NCBI GenBank assembly: GCA_019636375.1
Contig: JAHBXS010000002.1
Coordinates: forward strand, 149,621 to 213,620
DNA length: 64,000 nucleotides
Direction of reading: 5' to 3'
Source of the DNA: Pirellulaceae bacterium
Lineage (GTDB): Bacteria > Planctomycetota > Planctomycetia > Pirellulales > Pirellulaceae
Numbering within the stretch: position 1 is the first letter of the stretch; each line of letters starts with the position of its first letter. Under the pieces are notes generated by a model, which saw only the letters and a list, made by a program, of their open reading frames with translations, was not told the origin of the DNA and searched no databases. Below are positions 47,555 to 56,077 of the stretch, one piece after another. The position numbers were made by a program, and so were the translations under genes.

Positions 47555-48745
47555 GTGATCCCAAGAGAACAAAAGAATACTGTGAACATTAACGCAGAAC
47601 AGATTTTCGAAACGCTTGAAAAGGGAGACTCCGAATCGTCATTGGATTTGGCTGCCGAGCTGTTTATCCACTCAGGTGATTTTCACCGCCTCTTTGAAGT
47701 CCGCAAACTTCAGGGCCGCCGACGACTTGGGCTACCAGCGATTGCGTGGGGGAAGCGGGAAGTCTTGGAACCTGAGCTACGCGAGCAGCTTGACCGAGAG
47801 CTACTTACTGCATGTCGTGAAACGGCCGAACTTTGGCTTGCCAAAGGAAACTTGCCCGCTGCATGGCCCTATCTGGAACCGCTTGATGATCGTGCCTGGG
47901 TTCAGGCGGCAATTGAATCGCTGACGGTCGACTCTGACAATATTGAAACGTTGATCGAACATGCCTTTCATCGTGGAGGACATCCGCTCCACGGATTCCG
48001 ACTGATCTTAAAACATTCGGGGACCTGCAATGCAATCACTTTACTGGATTCCGCAAGCCCCTACTTGGCCCGCGAACTTCGGACCTCATTGGCGAGCGAG
48101 CTGGCCGACCATTTTTATGGCGAACTGTTGAAAAATTTGACGGCAGCCGGGAACACCAATCCCCCAACCGAAAGAGATCAGTCGTGGCGAGACGTGGCTA
48201 AATTTATTCAGGCCGTTGAAAACCGCGACCCACGATTGTCCAACCGCCCCCATATCGATGCCACGCATCTGCATAGTGTGACTCGGATTGGTCAAGTGGT
48301 AAGTGACATCAAGATTGTGGAGCAATTGTATGCGTTGTCATTGTACGGCGAACAGCTTGCACCAATGTTTCATTTTCCGGGGCAACCTCCTTTCGAAAGC
48401 CACTTTTTCGATAGCGTGTGGTTTTATCGTGGCCTACTGGGAATCCAAGTGGAAGAGGCGATTTCTCACTTTGAAAAGAAACTCGCATCATCTCGCGGAA
48501 CCGAACTTGAGCTTGTTGTTTGCGAGACGGTCGTGGATTGGTTGATTAGATTAGGCAGACTAGAGCAGGCCGTGGAAACAGCTCTGACTTATTCGGGGAA
48601 CAACTTTGGAGAGTTAGGAATCTCGCCAAACTTGATTGAGGCCGTGCAAAAGGACTCCGAAGTCGCCGCCCGATTGGCCAGCCATTTTCGCAAGCAAGGT
48701 GATGTCCTGAGTCACCTACTCGTGGTTCTCGTGGGCAGAAAATGA
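47555..48745 (+). CDS. Hypothetical helical protein (396 aa).
   Basis: Long ORF with coding-like composition. Confidence 0.5.
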   Translation: MIPREQKNTVNINAEQIFETLEKGDSESSLDLAAELFIHSGDFHRLFEVRKLQGRRRLGLPAIAWGKREVLEPELREQLDRELLTACRETAELWLAKGNLPAAWPYLEPLDDRAWVQAAIESLTVDSDNIETLIEHAFHRGGHPLHGFRLILKHSGTCNAITLLDSASPYLARELRTSLASELADHFYGELLKNLTAAGNTNPPTERDQSWRDVAKFIQAVENRDPRLSNRPHIDATHLHSVTRIGQVVSDIKIVEQLYALSLYGEQLAPMFHFPGQPPFESHFFDSVWFYRGLLGIQVEEAISHFEKKLASSRGTELELVVCETVVDWLIRLGRLEQAVETALTYSGNNFGELGISPNLIEAVQKDSEVAARLASHFRKQGDVLSHLLVVLVGRK

Positions 48746-48768
48746 CTTCGGAAGGTAAAACAAAAAAA

Positions 48769-48795
48769 GCGGGCTGAAGATGATCTTCAGCCCGC
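48769..48795. terminator. Bidirectional rho-independent terminator: perfect 12-bp hairpin gcgggctgaaga[tga]tcttcagcccgc with an A7 run upstream, which is a T-run on the minus strand.
   Basis: Direct reading. Sits between the convergent genes 47555..48745 (+) and 48836..49753 (-). Confidence 0.8.
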
Positions 48796-48835
48796 TTGGA
48801 TTTCTATTCAGCGAATCGTTGAGCGACTCGTCAAA

Positions 48836-49753
48836 CTAGTTGTTGATGTGCTTTGCACCACGGATGATGAAAGCGTTTGGATCAACGTTTGGAGTTTGGT
48901 ATCGTTTTGCACTGTCGCCAGATTGAGCTTCAGGCTCGTTTCCAGCAGGTGAGGCTTGGATTGCGCCACCGTTGCAACCACAGTTGTTACCAACTGCTGC
49001 ACAACCCGAGTCGCAAGTGCTCACGCCGCAGCAAGCACGACGAGCACGGAATCGGTCGAGCAAGCCAACGCGGCATCGTCGTGCACATGGATCGCAGCAA
49101 GCGTCAGCTGCTTGGTTGCATCCACAGTTGTTTCCAACTGCTGCGCCACCGTTGCATCCGCAACCATTGCCAACGAGTCCGCCACCGTTGCAACCGCATC
49201 CATTTCCAACAACTCCACCGCCGTTGCAACCATTGTTGCAGCCACAGTTGTTACCAACGACCGCGCCACCGTTGCAGCCACAGCCGCGACCGATCAAGCC
49301 ACCAGCCAAACCGCCACCGTTGCATCCGCAACCGTTGCCAACAACTCCGCCTCCGTTGCCACCATTGCAGCCACAGTTGTTACCAACTGCACTGCCACAA
49401 CCGTTATCGCAGCCAGAGTCGCAACCGCAACCTCGGCTGCCCAAACGTCCTCGCAGTCCGCCAAATCGCGAACGCAGACCGCCTGCACATGGATCACATC
49501 CTGAATCGCAAGCCGATACAGCACTGGTGCATCCAGTGTCACATCCGCCGCAACCGCCCCGTCGCAGACTGGGCAAACTCAAGCAGCGTCGAGCGCTGAC
49601 CGAACTGCCACAGCAGCTCGAACCGGTGTCGCAGCACGTCGAAGCGACGCAACAATCTCCGCCGCCCGTCATCCGGGTCAGCAGGCCCTGTCCGTTTACA
49701 TCGCTACAAGCGAAACCGAACAGGAGCATCATCGCAAAAATCTTTGTTTTCAT
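48836..49753 (-). CDS. Secreted Cys/Gly/Asn-rich repeat protein with about 12 copies of G-N-(N/G)-C-G-C-N-G-G-like units (305 aa).
   Basis: Signal peptide MKTKIFAMMLLFGFA. About 20 percent Cys and 25 percent Gly. Repeats VVGNGCGCNGGG and VGNNCGCNGGA. The terminator lies immediately downstream. All other frames also read open because of the DNA repeats. Confidence 0.7.
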   Translation of the reverse strand: MKTKIFAMMLLFGFACSDVNGQGLLTRMTGGGDCCVASTCCDTGSSCCGSSVSARRCLSLPSLRRGGCGGCDTGCTSAVSACDSGCDPCAGGLRSRFGGLRGRLGSRGCGCDSGCDNGCGSAVGNNCGCNGGNGGGVVGNGCGCNGGGLAGGLIGRGCGCNGGAVVGNNCGCNNGCNGGGVVGNGCGCNGGGLVGNGCGCNGGAAVGNNCGCNQAADACCDPCARRCRVGLLDRFRARRACCGVSTCDSGCAAVGNNCGCNGGAIQASPAGNEPEAQSGDSAKRYQTPNVDPNAFIIRGAKHINN

Positions 49754-50246
49754 CGAGACACGTCTCCTAAATTGTTTGAAAAAATCGCCGCTCTACTGTG
49801 TGAACCCTTGAACGGTGTCAATGTATTCGGCCGAGCCACTAACCTCGTTAGGAAGTTGAAGATGGCCGAGTCACGTCTGAGATCGCTCTTGGCCACCAAA
49901 CTTCAAATGTCAATGGGCTCAACAGCGTGCACAGGCAACGATTTTCTCTTCGATGAGTATCGGCGTCGCGAACCCTTCCGCTGGGTTCAGTAGGTTCGAC
50001 TCCGATCTTATTTCCTGGGCCGAGTTTCGGAGTTACCCGAAACAGCTACCCAGATCATCGGAGTAAACCAATCGACTTTTGACTCTAGCACTTGAAGTTC
50101 CGCGAATTCCCAATGCTCCGATCATTTCGGCTGGTCCGATCAATCCGACAAGTAAAACTTTGCCAGCAAACCGAAAAGGGAGCTGGCCCTTTACAGGTAA
50201 TTTTTGGTAAAATAGCCGGATTCTTTCGTTTGTAAGAGGAGCTTCA

Positions 50247-50537
50247 TTGAAACGTTTTTTCTGCCTCATGGGACTTGTGTCGTTGTTGTGCGCCGGTACG
50301 GGCTGCGAGCAGCGTTACAAACCTGCAACTCCACGGCCCAGCCCTGACGCCACTAGAAATGCGACGACACTACCGCATGGAACCACGCTGCCACACGGCA
50401 CTACGTTGCCGCATGGAACGACTTTGCCGCACGGCACCACGCTCCCTAATTTCGAGTCTGCTGGACACGGAACGACATTGCCGACCAGGGGCTCGAGACT
50501 TCAACCTCAAACACCCGTTCCCAACCGAGGAAAGTAA
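50247..50537 (+). CDS. Small lipoprotein with five tandem HGTTLP hexapeptide repeats (96 aa).
   Basis: Lipobox LLCAGTGC. An 18-bp DNA repeats five times across about 50374-50460 encoding TTLPHG. Confidence 0.6.
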   Translation: MKRFFCLMGLVSLLCAGTGCEQRYKPATPRPSPDATRNATTLPHGTTLPHGTTLPHGTTLPHGTTLPNFESAGHGTTLPTRGSRLQPQTPVPNRGK

Positions 50538-50542
50538 ACAAC

Positions 50543-50926
50543 ATGAAGGTTTTGATCGCTGGACACTGCAGTTATGACACGACGAACCTTAGTAATTTGC
50601 TGAGCCAGATCTTCGAAGTCGAGACAGTTGTGACCCGTTCTCCGCAAGAGACGCTGGCCGAGTTGGCTCGTACCCCATTTCGCCTTGTCTTGCTAAATCG
50701 TGTTTTTGAGGAAGGACGAGAAAACGGTTTGGAGATGATCCCGCAATTAAAAAAAATCAGCCCAGCGACGGACATTATGCTGATTTCGAACTTTCAAGAT
50801 GCTCAGACGGCTGCGGTAGAAGCAGGTGCGATTCCAGGATTCGGGAAACGTGCGTTGGCCGCTGCCGAGACCCGTGAAATGCTCCAACGCAGCCTAATGG
50901 TTGACGCATCCGGCATACCAGATTAG
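50543..50926 (+). CDS. CheY-like receiver-fold protein lacking the canonical phospho-acceptor Asp (LVLLN instead of LVLLD), 127 aa.
   Basis: MKVLIAGH...RLVLLNRVF...MLISN pattern resembles a degenerate receiver domain. Starts 6 nt after the lipoprotein gene. Confidence 0.45.
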   Translation: MKVLIAGHCSYDTTNLSNLLSQIFEVETVVTRSPQETLAELARTPFRLVLLNRVFEEGRENGLEMIPQLKKISPATDIMLISNFQDAQTAAVEAGAIPGFGKRALAAAETREMLQRSLMVDASGIPD

Positions 50927-51016
50927 GAATTCGTCTGGCTTGAATTGACAGTCTCGCGCACGCTCTGGCTTCTTGCTTCTCGCAAGACCCTTGGCAATCG
51001 GCAAGAACTTTCGTTA

Positions 51017-51358
51017 TTATTCCTCAACGGGAACTTCAGCGGCAATGACTTCTTTGACCTTTTGAACAAAGTGTGGTGGCTTTCCCCCTTCACTTAGCTC
51101 TTGAGCTCGTTTCTCAGCAGCCTTGCGTTGGTTGAACTCGAATTTGGAAATGAGTTTCAAGGAATGGTTATAGACTCCCCAGAAAAGTCTCATTCGATCA
51201 GGTACGTCAACCTTTTTGGACTTTGTCTTCCGTTTCGCTTTTGGGGCTTTTTCGGCTGTCGGGTCTTTTTTTACGCTGGCTTTCTTGGCCTTCTTCTTAG
51301 TTTCCTTGGCTTCGGCAGCATCACCGGTTTTGGCTTTGGTCTTTTTTTTCGTGGCCAT
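51017..51358 (-). CDS. Lys/Ala-rich (histone H1-like tail) small protein, 113 aa.
   Basis: N-terminal KKxK/AKKA low-complexity region followed by a short globular C-terminus. Confidence 0.45.
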   Translation of the reverse strand: MATKKKTKAKTGDAAEAKETKKKAKKASVKKDPTAEKAPKAKRKTKSKKVDVPDRMRLFWGVYNHSLKLISKFEFNQRKAAEKRAQELSEGGKPPHFVQKVKEVIAAEVPVEE

Positions 51359-51537
51359 GACGTTGGATTGTCCCTTGATCTGATCGATTGTGAAAACGAG
51401 AGTCTTATCGCTCTCTCTGGTTCTGGAAATTCGGAGCCCGGTTGTCTCAGCGACGGGCCGCTAATGGGCTTGGCTTCTAGACACCTAAAAGATAGCGTTT
51501 TTTGGTCATTTGTACCAGTGACCGACTTTTTGACCGA

Positions 51538-51858
51538 TCAGGATGATTTTTCCAAAGAGTTTTCTCCAGGCCCCGTTTCGCGGCGTTTTTCACGAAGGTA
51601 GTCCTGCCGCTGACTGCGGTAGTTTTCTGAGTCAGGGATTTCAGGCAATGAAACGGCCTCGTCTTGGGCCGCCAAAAACAGCTTTTCCAAGTAACTCCGA
51701 CACCAGCCACACCCAGTTCCCGCTCCAAAACAATCGCTCAACTGGGCCGCTCGTTGCGGGCGTTCGATTCGAATCCAATTGACCAACTTTCGTCGATGGA
51801 CGTGAAAACAAAGGCAAATTTCAGGGTCATCGACCACTTCGTTCATCATCCTCGCCAA
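51538..51858 (-). CDS. BFD-like [2Fe-2S]-binding domain protein (106 aa).
   Basis: Cys pattern C-x-C ... C-x4-C-x-W-C (ICLCFHV...CFGAGTGCGWC). Confidence 0.6.
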   Translation of the reverse strand: MARMMNEVVDDPEICLCFHVHRRKLVNWIRIERPQRAAQLSDCFGAGTGCGWCRSYLEKLFLAAQDEAVSLPEIPDSENYRSQRQDYLREKRRETGPGENSLEKSS

Positions 51859-52378
51859 AAAATGTAACGTTCAAGAACTCTTTGAGACGCAAGTTGCACG
51901 AGGGCCAAAGCCCGCCCTATTCATATTACACGATCATCTTGAATGGTAAATCCGAGTCATCCGCTCCCAAGAAACTTAGTTCCCTCTCAAACCACTTCAA
52001 GCATGTCCCCATTCGCATTCCACCCATCCCGCGAACCCACTTCGCAAGTCCCAACTCGCTCGCCACCCACTCGCTTGCCACGTTGAGTTTTGGGAAAGGC
52101 CGCTGCGAACTCAGACCTACGTTTGTTTCCCGATTTCCTTGCCTAGTTCTGGCAGCGCCAGAGCCATCCGCCGGAGCGAATAGAACACGGTAATTCAGAC
52201 AAGGGAATGAACGCGCAAATCGTGTGGCAGGCGAATGAGGAGGTGTAACAACAGCACGGCCAATAATGCCTTGCCATTCTTCTTGATTTCTTCGAACCGA
52301 TGGCTTACATGCCACCACCGCAAGTTTTCAGAACTTCAAAAATGGACTAAACTGTAACCATTGTTGAACATTTAAAAA

Positions 52379-53485
52379 TTGGGTTTGCCCCTGCCCCTTC
52401 GTCGAAAAAAAGTTGCTTTAATGACGGCCATTCTTAATCAACTTGACAAACTCCCTGATTGGCTGGCCGCTCAGGGGCAACCGAAATTTCGCGCGGGGCA
52501 GATTCTCAAATGGTTGTTCGAAACGCGCATCGAGTCTTTTGAGGCCATGAGTGACTTGCCCAAAGGACTTCGTGAGGCACTCGCCCGCGATTTTTCGTTT
52601 TGGTCGTCTGACGTCATTGCTCACGAGCGTTCTTCTGACGGGACTGAGAAACTCCTGCTGCGACTGAACGGAGGTGGGGAGATTGAGTGTGTTCTGCTTC
52701 GCGATGGAATACGGCGTACGATCTGTGTCAGCAGCCAAGTGGGCTGTGCGATGGGTTGTGTTTTTTGTGCCAGCGGACTAAACGGTGTCGAGCGGAGTTT
52801 GACGTCCGGAGAAATTATTGAACAGATGTTGCGATTGTCCCGATTGTTGCCAGATGACGAACGTCTGAGTCATATCGTGATGATGGGGATGGGAGACCCA
52901 TTGGCGAATTTGCCAGGCGTTTTGGGGGCTTTGGAGTTGGCGAACTCTCCTAAGGGTTTGGGGATCAGCGCGCGGCGGATCACGATTTCGACCGTGGGAA
53001 TTCCGCAAGCGATTCGCAAGCTGGCCGATTTGGATTGTCGGTATCACCTCGCGATTAGTTTGCACGCTCCCAACGACGAGTTGCGAACGAAACTTGTTCC
53101 CGTCAATGCGAAAATTGGCATGGCGGCGATTTTGGAAGCGTCTGAGTACTTTTTTGAAAAAACAGGGCGGCGATTGACTTTTGAGTACGTGTTGTTGGCC
53201 GGATTGAATGACCAACCGGAACATGCTCAGGAGTTGGCTGATGTTCTGGCGGGACGCGGAGCGTTGTTGAATGTAATTCCCTACAATCCTGTCGAGGGTT
53301 TGCCTTACCGCACGCCGAATTCAGACGCTATCAACCGGTTTCGGCGAATTCTGGAAGAGCAAGGAATCGTGATCAAATTCCGTCAGCGAAAAGGGGACGA
53401 TATCAATGCCGCTTGCGGTCAACTACGCCGTCAAGTCGCCTCAGCCGTGCCAGCGGTTGTCCCGTTGAATCTCCCCAAAACTTAG
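52379..53485 (+). CDS. rlmN: 23S rRNA (adenine2503-C2)/tRNA methyltransferase RlmN (radical SAM).
   Basis: CVSSQVGCAMGCVFCASG (CxxxCxxC) and the conserved downstream Cys. Full-length Cfr/RlmN architecture. Confidence 0.9.
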   Translation: MGLPLPLRRKKVALMTAILNQLDKLPDWLAAQGQPKFRAGQILKWLFETRIESFEAMSDLPKGLREALARDFSFWSSDVIAHERSSDGTEKLLLRLNGGGEIECVLLRDGIRRTICVSSQVGCAMGCVFCASGLNGVERSLTSGEIIEQMLRLSRLLPDDERLSHIVMMGMGDPLANLPGVLGALELANSPKGLGISARRITISTVGIPQAIRKLADLDCRYHLAISLHAPNDELRTKLVPVNAKIGMAAILEASEYFFEKTGRRLTFEYVLLAGLNDQPEHAQELADVLAGRGALLNVIPYNPVEGLPYRTPNSDAINRFRRILEEQGIVIKFRQRKGDDINAACGQLRRQVASAVPAVVPLNLPKT

Positions 53486-53700
53486 GGACTTGGCGTCATT
53501 TCTTTAGAAAAAACGAATCTTTACCGAAGTTCTGGGGTTAAACGAAAGGGGGAAAATTTTGTGGTTGGTATACGGTAGACAAGACGGAGTTCACGATGAT
53601 GTCGAGACGAGGCCCACCTCCCCTGCCCTGACATAACCTCCCCCAGACATTGTAGGATGAAGAGATTGAATTTGTCGTTCCGTAAAAAGGACTAGCCAAC

Positions 53701-54387
53701 TTGTCTGTCTCCGATTCCTCGGCCAATCGAATTCCGAACTATGAGCTGCTGGACCCCGACGTGCGCCTGATGTTGCAGGTGCGGCAGGGTAACGCTGCCG
53801 CCTATGAGGAGCTTGTCAAAAAACATGAACGACGGGTGATCGGATTTTTAGAGCATATGGTCTCGCCAGATCAAGCAGAAGACCTAGCCCAAGAAGTTTT
53901 CCTACGGGTTTTTCGGGCTCGAGAAAACTATGAGCCGGGCGCTCGATTTGCGACGTGGTTGTTCACCATCATGCACAATGTTGCCAGCAACTCGCTTCGC
54001 AAAAAATCTCGGAATATGGAGGTGCAGTTGCATGGAGACGCTCAAACAAGCGGCGCGATGAGCATTGAGCAATTGGCCCTTTCTGCTTCAGGGCAAATGC
54101 CGACTCGGCAGTTGGATCGCCGCGAGTTACAAGACATTGTGCGATTTGCCATTCAATCGCTCAATGAGCGGCAACGAATGGTGGTGCTGATGAGTAAGTT
54201 TGAGGGGATGAGTTACCAAGAAATTGGTGAGGCCCTGGATTTGACGCCCCAAGCCGTAAAGTCCTTGGTATCGCGAGCGAGGAATAACCTTAAAGACATT
54301 TTGGCTCCCTACGTCAAAGCCGGGATTCTCCCGGGAGTATCCCTGATTGAAGACAACGACGAAATCAAAGGTCAAAACGATGAGTGA
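53701..54387 (+). CDS. ECF-type RNA polymerase sigma factor (sigma-70 regions 2 and 4).
   Basis: Region 2 DLAQEVFLRVFRARENYEPGARFATWLFTIMHNVASN. Region 4 HTH MSYQEIGEALDLTPQAVKSLVSRAR. Confidence 0.9.
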   Translation: MSVSDSSANRIPNYELLDPDVRLMLQVRQGNAAAYEELVKKHERRVIGFLEHMVSPDQAEDLAQEVFLRVFRARENYEPGARFATWLFTIMHNVASNSLRKKSRNMEVQLHGDAQTSGAMSIEQLALSASGQMPTRQLDRRELQDIVRFAIQSLNERQRMVVLMSKFEGMSYQEIGEALDLTPQAVKSLVSRARNNLKDILAPYVKAGILPGVSLIEDNDEIKGQNDE

Positions 54388-55681
54388 CAAGTCTGCTGGC
54401 GATACAGATTTTCAACTGGAAGAATTAACGGCCTATTTGGACGGCGAATTGAGTCCCGAAGCCAGCGAGGTGGTCGAGCGTCGCCTCGCGTCCGATTCGG
54501 CCTACCGAAGTCAATTGCGTGCGCTGGAGCAAACTTGGGAGTTATTGGAAATCCTGCCACCTACAGAACCGAACCCATCGTTCACGAAGACCACGATGGA
54601 ACTCGCGGTTTCGTCTGCTGCTAAATCGGCTCCATCTGCCAAAAAAAAACTCCCTTGGCTACCCGTCCTTTTATTCGGACTGCTGCCGCTGACCACGCTC
54701 GTCGCTAGTTATTTTGGAGCAAGATACGAACGACTGCAGCCGTTTCGTGAGTTGGTTTACGACTTACACGTGATTGAGAACTACGATTTATATCGTAAAG
54801 TCGATTTGAATTTGGACTTCGTGCGCCGGATTGCCGGTGAATTGGAACCGGACTTTGAGGGGGCCGCCAATCCAGTGGGATTTGCGCTCAACGAAAGTCC
54901 TGTGACCAATGAAAACGTATTGCGAAGTATGCCGGCAGAACGATTGCGCGACGTTCAAGCAAAACAAGCCCACTATCGGGAACTAAACCTAGAGGAAAAA
55001 AGTCGTTTGCGGGCCTTTCACGAAAGCTTGATGGAACAGGGGGACTCGCAGCAATTGATGTCCGCCATCAGGCGGTTCTACGATTGGCTCAAGACAATCC
55101 CTTACGAACAACAGGTCAATTTATTGGTCGAGTTGGAAACCGAAAAAAAGTTTGAAATTTTTCTGCGGTTGCGACGTGATCTTTCGAGCCAAGTGGATCG
55201 ACTTCCTGACAGTGACATCAAGGCATTCAATGATTGGCTCACCCAAGTTGGAGTCTCGCATGGCGAGCAAGTCAGAGCGATAGTGACCGAACTGGTTGGG
55301 CCGATGCGTGACGAAGAAACACGCGAACGTATCCTGAAGTCGATCAACGAGGACCCAGAAATTGCTGTCAGGACCTACCTGCGAACGGTTCGAGCCGATC
55401 GCCCCCACGTCCTTGTGGACCAGTACGCGGACCTCAAAGGGCGTTTGTCCCCAAAGGGCCAAGAAATGATGGGGGACACCCGTTCAGACCAAGATGGCTT
55501 TGTGCGGCAAATGCTGATGCGTCCCCAAATACCGCAGGAAAAATTGGAAAATTTTTATTTTCAGGAGCTCACACCCAAGGAACGGGAGGAGTTTGATCGA
55601 TTATCCCCTGAGGTGATGCGAAATCGGGTGCGGGAATTGTACATGCGGCGAAAACTCCTGATTCAGCCTCAAAGGCGATAA
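54380..55681 (+). CDS. Anti-sigma factor (N-terminal anti-sigma domain, single TM, large C-terminal domain). The start overlaps the sigma stop by 8 nt.
   Basis: ELTAYLDGELSPEASEVVERRLASD is the ChrR/RsrA-like anti-sigma N-terminus. TM helix LPVLLFGLLPLTTLVASYF. Immediately follows an ECF sigma. Confidence 0.75.
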   Translation: MSDKSAGDTDFQLEELTAYLDGELSPEASEVVERRLASDSAYRSQLRALEQTWELLEILPPTEPNPSFTKTTMELAVSSAAKSAPSAKKKLPWLPVLLFGLLPLTTLVASYFGARYERLQPFRELVYDLHVIENYDLYRKVDLNLDFVRRIAGELEPDFEGAANPVGFALNESPVTNENVLRSMPAERLRDVQAKQAHYRELNLEEKSRLRAFHESLMEQGDSQQLMSAIRRFYDWLKTIPYEQQVNLLVELETEKKFEIFLRLRRDLSSQVDRLPDSDIKAFNDWLTQVGVSHGEQVRAIVTELVGPMRDEETRERILKSINEDPEIAVRTYLRTVRADRPHVLVDQYADLKGRLSPKGQEMMGDTRSDQDGFVRQMLMRPQIPQEKLENFYFQELTPKEREEFDRLSPEVMRNRVRELYMRRKLLIQPQRR

Positions 55682-55741
55682 AAACACTAGTTTTCCAGAG
55701 TCTTTGGTCTGTACTGCTTTTTTCCGGTAAATAAGTGTCGG

Positions 55742-55818
55742 GCAGAAATGGGGTCAGGTACCGTTGCTCGAACGGCCCTTTGGGTGCTTTGCACAACGGT
55801 ACCTGACCCCATTTCTGC
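55742..55818. repeat. Perfect 25-bp inverted repeat with a 27-nt loop (gcagaaatggggtcaggtaccgttg ... caacggtacctgaccccatttctgc). It is the founding copy of a palindromic repeat family.
   Basis: Direct reading. A related degenerate copy lies at 735-800. Confidence 0.8.
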
Positions 55819-55892
55819 CCACCTGCCGTATAATCACAGAAGTGATGCGGCATACCTTGGAACGTTAATCGACTTTTTTCGTCGAAGGGTAT

Positions 55893-55994
55893 GAGCCTAT
55901 CCCAAAAGGGGTCAGACCCTTTGGAGGCTAGGCGACGTTTAACGTTGTTTTGCTGCCTAGCTGGAGAGGGTCTGACCCCTTTTGGGATAGGCTC
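55893..55994. repeat. Second long imperfect inverted repeat (roughly 41-bp arms, gagcctatcccaaaaggggtcagaccctttggaggctaggc / gcctagctggagagggtctgaccccttttgggataggctc) sharing the GGGGTCAG core with the first.
   Basis: Direct reading. About 35 of 41 arm positions are complementary. Confidence 0.7.
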
Positions 55995-56077
55995 TTAGTA
56001 GCCTGGGACACGTTGGCAACTTGTCTTACGCTCCAACCGATTATTGCATTCAAAAGTTTCATTCTGAAATAGATTGA

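Noticed and set aside
48877-49811. Several long plus-strand ORFs (240-279 aa, Pro/Gln/His-rich) overlapping the Cys-rich gene.
   Set aside because: Artefacts of the DNA repeats being open in all frames. The minus-strand frame has a signal peptide, an adjacent terminator and consistent repeats.
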